This document shows positions 57,962 through 64,000 of a DNA stretch of 64,000 nucleotides, piece by piece. Origin of the DNA: Dehalococcoidales bacterium (GTDB lineage Bacteria > Chloroflexota > Dehalococcoidia > Dehalococcoidales > UBA5760); assembly GCA_028716225.1 (NCBI GenBank), contig JAQUQE010000002.1, positions 140,613 to 204,612 on the forward strand, given 5' to 3'. The notes beneath the pieces were generated by a model that did no database searches, was not told the origin of the DNA, and saw nothing but the letters and a program-made list of their open reading frames with translations. The number at the start of each line of letters is the position of its first letter. Within the stretch, counting starts at the first letter, position 1. The position numbers were made by a program, and so were the translations under genes.

Positions 57962-58977
57962 ACACCCCTTCCCGGTATACTCAGCATCAGCACCTCGAAT
58001 ACCAATTGCGGATTAGCGTTCTGCTTGAGCTGCCCGCCGGCCGACTGAATGGCAGTAATAAAGCCTTTTATTTCAGCCAGACTGTATTCCTCAGCCCGTT
58101 GCTCAAGTACAGCCGAAACATCAACATTAGTAATAGCCTCGGTACAACCAATCTTGACCAGAAGCAGGTCATGCCACCAGTCAAGCCAGAAGTCCAGAAC
58201 ATCCTGCACCGCCCCTCTATCTTTGCCGTACTGAGATGCCAGCTGGAGGGCATACTCAAGGCGTCCCCCATAACCGGCAGCATCGATAACACCGAGCAAC
58301 TGTGCCATCCTTTCCGACCGCTCTTTCAGCCAGATATCATCGGGAGCAGCCAGCAACGCCCGGCCCAGGCAGCCGTGGCAAAGCCGGGCCAGCAGTCTGG
58401 CCTTCTCTTTCTCAACGGCCCAGCGGCTACTCAGTGCAGACTCCGCCGCACCAACCGCCAGCGGGAACAACTCCAACCGCTGGCAGCGGGAAACAACGGT
58501 AGCCGGCAGCAGCTCCTCCCGGGCAGTCAGCAGGAGAAAAACCACATTCTCCTGGGGTTCCTCCAGGGTCTTCAAAAGACAGTTGGCGGCTTCATTCGAC
58601 AGCAGCTCAGCCCTCTCGATAATAAACACTTTGTACCTGCCTTCGAACGGCGGCAGAGAGGCCGAGTGCTGCATGTGTCGAATCCGGTCAATGCCGATTT
58701 CCGTCTGAGACCTGTCCTCCGGCGGGTCATCAGCTCCGGCCAATCCGATGATCTGCACATCGGCATGCTTACCCGAGGCTATTCTCCGGCAGGAAGTACA
58801 TTCTCCGCAGGGGACGGCGGCGGAATCACAGTTTATTGCCTTAGCCAGGTCCAGAGCCAGCGTCATTTTACCGACATGGGGAGGGCCCACTAGAAGGTAG
58901 GCATGTGCCAGGGTCTTCTTATCCAGACTACGCTCCAGCAAGGAGACGGCACTATCCTGACCAACTACCTGCCACAT
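57958..58977 (-). CDS. holB: DNA polymerase III delta-prime subunit
   Basis: HAYLLVGPPHVGK.., Zn module C..CGECTSC, ..FIIERAELL.. (degenerate Walker B). Confidence 0.85.
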   Translation of the reverse strand: MWQVVGQDSAVSLLERSLDKKTLAHAYLLVGPPHVGKMTLALDLAKAINCDSAAVPCGECTSCRRIASGKHADVQIIGLAGADDPPEDRSQTEIGIDRIRHMQHSASLPPFEGRYKVFIIERAELLSNEAANCLLKTLEEPQENVVFLLLTAREELLPATVVSRCQRLELFPLAVGAAESALSSRWAVEKEKARLLARLCHGCLGRALLAAPDDIWLKERSERMAQLLGVIDAAGYGGRLEYALQLASQYGKDRGAVQDVLDFWLDWWHDLLLVKIGCTEAITNVDVSAVLEQRAEEYSLAEIKGFITAIQSAGGQLKQNANPQLVFEVLMLSIPGRGV

Positions 58978-58986
58978 TTTGAAATC

Positions 58987-60312
58987 TCACCCTGCCTTCC
59001 AGTCCAAATCACAGCCGGTCAGATCGCTGAAAGTCTCCCGCCGCCGGATAAGGCGGGCTTTGCCGTCCCCGATTAAAACAACAGCCGGCTTAAGTGAGGC
59101 ATTGTAGTTGCTGGCCATCGGCAGGCAATAAGCGCCGCAGCAGGGTAAAGCAATAATGTCACCGCTCGAGAGGGAAGGCATCACGATATCCCTGATTAAT
59201 ACATCGCCCGACTCGCAAAACTTGCCGGCGATAGTAACCTTCCCCGATTCCTCGGCATTCATCCGATTAGCCGCCACCGCCTCATACCTGGCCTCATAAA
59301 GGGCGGGGCGGATATTGTCTCCCATCCCGCCATCCACCGCAACATAGCGCCTGATACCGGGGATATCCTTAACGGCGCCGACCTTATACAGCGCCACTCC
59401 GGACCTTCCCACGATAGCCCTGCCCGGCTCAACGATAAGCCGGGGCAACGCCAGACCCAGCTTACGACACCTGGTAATAATCCTGGACGCTATCGCCTCG
59501 GCGTAATGTGAGACCGGCGGGGCCGGCTTATCCATGGTATACCGGATAGCATACCCACCCCCGATATTCAGTTCGCTGATTTTGAAGCCATACCTCTCTC
59601 CCATTGCAGCCGCGAAGTCCAGGACGACATCGACAGCACGAAGGTACGGCTCCACCTCGAAGATGAGAGACCCGATATGAGAGTGCAGACCGACAAGGTT
59701 AAGGCCGGGCGATAACATCGCCTGCGCTACCGCCTCTTCCGCTCTGGGCAAGGGGAAGCCGAACTTACTGTCGATAATACCCGTGGAAATGTACCGGTGA
59801 GTATGGGGGTCAACGCCGGGCAGAAGCCGCAGCAGTATATCGGGCTTCAGGCCCCGCTTTCCGGCTATCTCCTCAAGCATCTTAAGCTCATGTAAGTTGT
59901 CCACCACGATGCGGCCGACACCCAGCTCAAGCGCCTGCTCGAGCTCCTCAGCCGACTTGTTGTTGCCGTGGAAGTAGACCCTGTCCGGAGGAAAGTCGGC
60001 CGATCGGGCAATCGCCAGCTCGCCGGCGGAGACCACATCCAGCCCCAACCCCTCCTCGGCAAAGATAGCCGCCAGGGTCCTGTTGATAAAGGCCTTGCAG
60101 GCGTAGACAACCGTGGTATCAGAATAAAACCGGCCGAACCCGCTCCTGAACTCAGCACAGCTGGCGCGCAGGTTGGATTCATCGAAGAGATAGAGAGGCG
60201 TGCCGAATTCAGCCGCCAGCCCGACGGTGTCGCAACCACCAATCGAGAGATGACCCGCCTCATTTATCCGGGAGCTGATTGGAAACAGCGGTAATCTTGA
60301 TAACATTTCCAC
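58987..60312 (-). CDS. lysA: Diaminopimelate decarboxylase
   Basis: Fold-III PLP enzyme: ..VVYACKAF.., ..LNIGGGY.., ..GKFCESGD... Confidence 0.92.
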   Translation of the reverse strand: MEMLSRLPLFPISSRINEAGHLSIGGCDTVGLAAEFGTPLYLFDESNLRASCAEFRSGFGRFYSDTTVVYACKAFINRTLAAIFAEEGLGLDVVSAGELAIARSADFPPDRVYFHGNNKSAEELEQALELGVGRIVVDNLHELKMLEEIAGKRGLKPDILLRLLPGVDPHTHRYISTGIIDSKFGFPLPRAEEAVAQAMLSPGLNLVGLHSHIGSLIFEVEPYLRAVDVVLDFAAAMGERYGFKISELNIGGGYAIRYTMDKPAPPVSHYAEAIASRIITRCRKLGLALPRLIVEPGRAIVGRSGVALYKVGAVKDIPGIRRYVAVDGGMGDNIRPALYEARYEAVAANRMNAEESGKVTIAGKFCESGDVLIRDIVMPSLSSGDIIALPCCGAYCLPMASNYNASLKPAVVLIGDGKARLIRRRETFSDLTGCDLDWKAG

Positions 60313-60358
60313 TCAATGTTACCAGCGCACCGGGGGGAAGTCAATTTGGCGGAATAGC

Positions 60359-62122
60359 TCAGACCTTTTTGCCGGGACGCTCTTTCCAGAGCGCCGCTCT
60401 CTGTATCAGTTCACGGGCGTTTTCTCGAGCGGTTTCGCTGTACTGAGGGCCGGACAGCATAGCGGCAAGCTCCTCGACCCGCGCATTACCCTCAAGAACA
60501 TCCAACCTGCTCATGGTCCGGGTCCCGGAAACCTCCTTGTGAACACTGTAGTGAGCATCGGCGAAAGCGGCTATCTGGGGAAGGTGGGTAACACAAATCA
60601 CCTGGTGATTACGAGACAGATTCCAGAGTTTCTTGCCGATTACCTCGCCGCTTCTGCCGCCGACACCGATATCGATTTCATCGAAAATAAGCACCGGGAT
60701 GTTGTCGGCACCGGTAAGAGCGCTCTTCAAAGCTAAGGCGAAGCGGGAGATTTCCCCGGTGGAAGCAATCCTGGTCAGCGGCTTCAGGGGTTCTCCGGGA
60801 TTGGTCGCGGCGACGAACTCTACGACATCGACCCCGTTATTACCATAGGCATAGCTGCCTCCATCAGGGGAAGGAATCCCCTCCGGATCCGGCTCCCTGG
60901 TGACAGCTACCTCAAATTTAACCTGTGCCATATTCAAATCCTGAAGCTCCCTTTCCACTTCAGTCACCAACTTCTCCGCCGCCCGGGAGCGTTTCCGGGA
61001 AAGCTCGGAGGCCATCCGCCCCATCTCCTCCCTGAGACAAGAGCAGGTCTCGATAAGAGCGATCTTCCTTTCTCCGGAGTGAGAGATTTCTGCCATCTCC
61101 CGCCCCGCTTTCTCCCGGTAATCCAGTATTTCCGGGACAGACTGCCCGTACTTTCTCTTCAGGCCTCGGATCAGCTCCAGCCTCGTTTCTATCTCTTCCA
61201 ACCGTTTCGGGTCATATTCCAGGCGTTCGCCATAAGCACGGATGTCCCGGGCTGCCTCCTCAAGCCCGTACAGGCTCTCCTCCAGGAAATCAAGCTGCTG
61301 CTTCAGAGCGGGGTCCAGGCTAACGAGCTTCTTTACCGCCCGGACCGCCTCGCCCAACTTCTCCAGAACCGGCGCGGCAGAACCAGCGGCATCTCCGCCA
61401 GACAATGCCTGGTAGGCTTCGAAGGACAGCGCCTTTAGCTGCTCGCTGGAAGCCAGGATATTACGCTCCCCCTGCAATGCCTCTTCCTCACCCTCGCGCA
61501 GCTCCGCCCGCTCTATCTCATCCAGTTGAAAGCGCAGGAACTCCTCGCGGCGGGCGCGTTCTTTTTCCTCATCGACCAAGAGGCGGAGCTCTTCTTCCGC
61601 CTTATGGAGCTCCAGGGCTTTAGCAGCGAAACTCCGGCACAGGTCCAGGGTATGACCGTAACAATCGAGAAGATAGCGATGGTAACCCTTATCCAGCAGG
61701 GAAAGGTGCTCGCTCTGACCGTGGATATCAACCAGCAGGCTGCCGATCTGGTTGAGCAGCCCCCTTGCTACCGCATATCCGTTCACCCGAATAATGCCGC
61801 GACCCTGCCGGCGGGGCTCGCAATTGATAACCAGCGTCTCCTCATCAGCTTTCAGCCCTTTTTCAGCCAGGAGTTCTCTAAGAGGGGAAATACCGCCGCC
61901 TTGAGGCAGGGTAAAAACTCCCTCCAGGTGAGCCTTGTCGTCGCCGTAGCGTATCAGGTCTTCATCCAGCCTACCGGCCAGCAGCGCCTCCACGGCATCG
62001 ATTATCAGTGACTTCCCCACTCCGGTCTCACCGGTAATGACGTTCAACCCCGGGCCCAGGGCCCAGTTTATGTCCTCGATAATACCGATACCTTTGACCC
62101 TTAACTGAAGTAACACCTGCAC
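60359..62122 (-). CDS. recN: DNA repair protein RecN
   Basis: Walker A GETGVGKS, long central coiled coil, C-terminal SMC-type signature (..STGEISRFALALK..) and ..LIFDEIDIGVGG... Confidence 0.93.
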   Translation of the reverse strand: MQVLLQLRVKGIGIIEDINWALGPGLNVITGETGVGKSLIIDAVEALLAGRLDEDLIRYGDDKAHLEGVFTLPQGGGISPLRELLAEKGLKADEETLVINCEPRRQGRGIIRVNGYAVARGLLNQIGSLLVDIHGQSEHLSLLDKGYHRYLLDCYGHTLDLCRSFAAKALELHKAEEELRLLVDEEKERARREEFLRFQLDEIERAELREGEEEALQGERNILASSEQLKALSFEAYQALSGGDAAGSAAPVLEKLGEAVRAVKKLVSLDPALKQQLDFLEESLYGLEEAARDIRAYGERLEYDPKRLEEIETRLELIRGLKRKYGQSVPEILDYREKAGREMAEISHSGERKIALIETCSCLREEMGRMASELSRKRSRAAEKLVTEVERELQDLNMAQVKFEVAVTREPDPEGIPSPDGGSYAYGNNGVDVVEFVAATNPGEPLKPLTRIASTGEISRFALALKSALTGADNIPVLIFDEIDIGVGGRSGEVIGKKLWNLSRNHQVICVTHLPQIAAFADAHYSVHKEVSGTRTMSRLDVLEGNARVEELAAMLSGPQYSETARENARELIQRAALWKERPGKKV

Positions 62123-62158
62123 AACCCTCTCAAGTCTAGCGGCAAGGCCGGGGACATC

Positions 62159-62177
62159 CCGCTTCCGGTCACCGGCT
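62159..62177. repeat. 19-bp repeat copy 1 (CCGCTTCCGGTCACCGGCT), downstream edge of the recN promoter
   Basis: Identical to 62219-62237. Contains the palindromic core CCGGT-C-ACCGG. Lies about 8 nt downstream of the predicted recN -10 box. Confidence 0.6.
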
Positions 62178-62185
62178 TACGCAAG

Positions 62186-62214
62186 ATTATAAACCCTCGC
62201 ATCCCGGATGGCAA
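62186..62214 (-). promoter_or_regulatory. Predicted recN promoter (TTGCCA, 17-nt spacer, TATAAT)
   Basis: On the minus strand, -35 is at 62209-62214 and -10 at 62186-62191, read directly. Confidence 0.5.
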
Positions 62215-62218
62215 AAGA

Positions 62219-62237
62219 CCGCTTCCGGTCACCGGCT
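62219..62237. repeat. 19-bp repeat copy 2 (CCGCTTCCGGTCACCGGCT), upstream edge of the recN promoter
   Basis: Exact direct repeat of 62159-62177, offset by exactly 60 bp. Begins 4 nt upstream of the predicted recN -35 box. Confidence 0.6.
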
Positions 62238-62258
62238 GCCCCTCCTTCCTACCTGCTG

Positions 62259-62288
62259 TTGACAGCAATTTTATGCCTGAGATATTAT
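62259..62288 (+). promoter_or_regulatory. Predicted divergent promoter (TTGACA, 18-nt spacer, TATTAT) for the 62353/62513 unit
   Basis: TTGACA at 62259-62264 and TATTAT at 62283-62288. Confidence 0.4.
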
Positions 62289-62512
62289 TACCTGGGGCTG
62301 TGCCTTTCCCGTCCCGGCCCCCGAAACGCCGCCTTTCGACCCGGGGACTGATATGGAGCGTAAACCGCAGTACCTGCCGGGCTATGCCGTTACCGTAGAA
62401 TTATATCCCGTGGTACTTCTCGATACCCTTGAAACTACGGTGCAGCGCCGCCGGCAGGATGGCAGCCGAGTAGCTAAAGAATAGGGGGTACAGAGAGATT
62501 ATTATCGCTATA

Positions 62513-63538
62513 GTGGTGCTGGCTGTTATCGGCTGTCTGATAGGCCTTACCTACGCAGTTCCCTACAGGAGGAACTTCAAAAGATACCGGCAGATTAAAG
62601 CAATCCTCGCCGACCTGGAAGCCCTGAAATCCCACCCGGAACATAAAGAAGGAGCAGAAATTAACATCGAGTTCTTCCGGGTGCTCCGCTTCCCTTTGAG
62701 CTATCTCTGGTGGTTGCTGTTCCGGGCACCCCGGCTGAGGAGAGAGCGGGCCAGGATCAGAGAGCTTGCCGACCTGCCCTTTCCCGGATGGCAGGACGAG
62801 CTTCTGGAGACGCTCTCCTGGTTTGAGATATGGATGGGTAGAATACTGCGACCGATCAGACAGGCGATTATCGGGGAGTTGGAAAGGCTGAGGAAAATCA
62901 AGAAAGAACCGATCGTGATAGCCAGCTTCGGCTGCGGCGGGATGGAGCTGGAGAGGCAGGTCCTATATCAACTACTGAGGAGCCGTTTCAACTTTCCGCT
63001 GCTTGTCATCGGCGTCGATTATTCTCCCGCCATTGGTGATGTCATCTCCAGAAAATTCGCCAACCTCGTCTCCAAGGGGATGCTGGAGATAGAGACCGTC
63101 TCCCATCTGGGGACCGAAGAGCTGAACAAGCTGAAGGAGAGAGCGGCGGCGCGGCGATTCTCGATAGTACTCTTTAACACCGATGCCTTTGAACTGCAGG
63201 CCCTTCCCGAGAACTCCTTCGACCTGGTCTATCACACGCGCTTGAGACATCACCTGAGCCTTGAAGAGCGTGACCGGCTGGACAAGCTCACCATTCACCT
63301 GGCGCCGAAGTTTATGGAGCTGGATGACGTATACAATATCCCGGGGATTATGTTGGAGAGCATCTTCCTCTGGCGCTTTCCGGTGGTGCTGAACGGGGGA
63401 ATTCTCAGCTACTTAAGGGACTTCTCGAAGAAGGAGCTAAAAGCACAGCAGGGCAAGGGCTGGCAGGTAACTATCTACAGCAGATTATTCCCGTGCTACC
63501 TCAGGGTCTATCAAAAAGCTCCCGGTGCCGGTGAGTAA
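62513..63538 (+). CDS. Putative class I SAM-dependent methyltransferase with an N-terminal transmembrane helix
   Basis: N-terminal hydrophobic segment VLAVIGCLIGLTYAV. MTase-like motif I IVIASFGCGGME, acidic beta-2 end LLVIGVDYSP, and later FDLVYHTRLRHHL. GTG start. Confidence 0.6.
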   Translation: MVLAVIGCLIGLTYAVPYRRNFKRYRQIKAILADLEALKSHPEHKEGAEINIEFFRVLRFPLSYLWWLLFRAPRLRRERARIRELADLPFPGWQDELLETLSWFEIWMGRILRPIRQAIIGELERLRKIKKEPIVIASFGCGGMELERQVLYQLLRSRFNFPLLVIGVDYSPAIGDVISRKFANLVSKGMLEIETVSHLGTEELNKLKERAAARRFSIVLFNTDAFELQALPENSFDLVYHTRLRHHLSLEERDRLDKLTIHLAPKFMELDDVYNIPGIMLESIFLWRFPVVLNGGILSYLRDFSKKELKAQQGKGWQVTIYSRLFPCYLRVYQKAPGAGE

Positions 63539-63586
63539 CCGATAAAACTACCTGTTCCGTTTAACCTGCTGCCGCCTCCGGCCCCG

Positions 63587-63613
63587 GAATGATTTGTGCC
63601 GAATGATTTGTGC
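63587..63613 (+). repeat. Tandem direct repeat GAATGATTTGTGC x2 (period 14) abutting a TATAAT box
   Basis: GAATGATTTGTGC at 63587-63599 and 63601-63613, followed immediately by TATAAT at 63614-63619, 37 nt upstream of the ATG at 63656. Confidence 0.6.
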
Positions 63614-63655
63614 TATAATAACCACGAATAATAGATTTTAGAACTGGCGGGTAGT

Positions 63656-64000
63656 ATGGCTATCGAACGGCCGAGGGTGGAAATAGACCATCTAACCAGG
63701 ATCAACGAGTACGGTCCCGACGACCTTTTCATATGCTGCGCCAGCTTTGAACAGAGGTGCCTTTCCAGCGCCCGCAAGATGAGCGCCAATTACAGGACCA
63801 ACTACTCCATCATCTTCGTCATCGAGGATTCTCCGGACAAGAAACAGGCCGATACCAACCTGAACAACCTGAAGAGCATGCTGGGGACAAGGAGCTCCAG
63901 GGGTATCTTCGTCATCTCCTGCGGGCGCGACAGCCCCAATGAGGGAATCGGCCAGCTTAAGAAAATCTGGGGACAATGCCGGCCCAAGGACAGTGAAAAT
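63656..64000 (+). CDS. Hypothetical protein, 5' partial (runs off the window end)
   Basis: Hand translation has no stop for 115 codons: MAIERPRVEIDHLTRINEYGPDDLFICCASFEQRCLSSARKMSANYRTNYSIIFVIEDSPDKKQADTNLNNLKSML... Absent from the ORF track because no stop falls in the window. Alternating beta/alpha pattern. No family recognised. Confidence 0.5.
   Translation, partial: MAIERPRVEIDHLTRINEYGPDDLFICCASFEQRCLSSARKMSANYRTNYSIIFVIEDSPDKKQADTNLNNLKSMLGTRSSRGIFVISCGRDSPNEGIGQLKKIWGQCRPKDSEN

Noticed and set aside
63692-63987. Minus-strand ORFs 63692..63976 and 63802..63987
   Set aside because: Antisense to the open plus-strand frame starting at 63656, which has a promoter-like context. The minus-strand translations are Gly/Ala/Val/Asp-rich shadow sequence.

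Overview
Mostly core-genome window: about 60 protein genes on both strands and one tmRNA. I saw no rRNA, tRNA, CRISPR array or transposase. Gene content suggests an anaerobic bacterium, possibly Chloroflexota/Dehalococcoidia-like (NrpR-like regulator, minimal SufBC, FprA/rubredoxin, GE..LAA-style tmRNA tag); this is inference and cannot be verified here. Recognisable blocks: M16 peptidase; a PEP/pyruvate-binding protein plus a GltB-like FMN protein; hisHF; groES-groEL with a perfect CIRCE; tsaD; tilS; a frameshifted ADP-forming acetyl-CoA synthetase; aroF; purF-purM-purH; plsX; an isochorismatase/flavoprotein/AsnB-like cluster. A large oxidative/heat-stress supercluster follows (fprA-rubredoxin-hrb-perR, a second flavin reductase plus rubredoxin, sufCB, two ferritin-like genes, hsp20, merR-like) with dnaN and an AT-rich single-gene island embedded in it. 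Then come smpB-ssrA; nadB-fumarase-mdh-carboxyltransferase; trxB; rplI-dnaB-dnaD-like-dnaC-like; holB-ricT; lysA; recN. Items most worth a second look: (1) an AT-rich insertion (35.2-36.9 kb) encoding a 376-aa orphan with a C-terminal Rx4H HEPN-like motif; (2) a partial tandem duplication and a fused-versus-split state of flavin-reductase/rubredoxin genes, including a 53-aa rubredoxin missing from the ORF track; (3) a single polypeptide carrying two tandem DnaC/DnaI-like AAA+ modules; (4) a 19-bp repeat present twice, bracketing the recN promoter; (5) a conserved hairpin motif present twice, one copy being an orphan plus-strand terminator; (6) a frameshift in a G8 run; (7) an AsnB-like enzyme lacking its Cys nucleophile. 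All calls rest on reading the sequence and translations by eye; no searches were run, and start codons and promoters are manual predictions.
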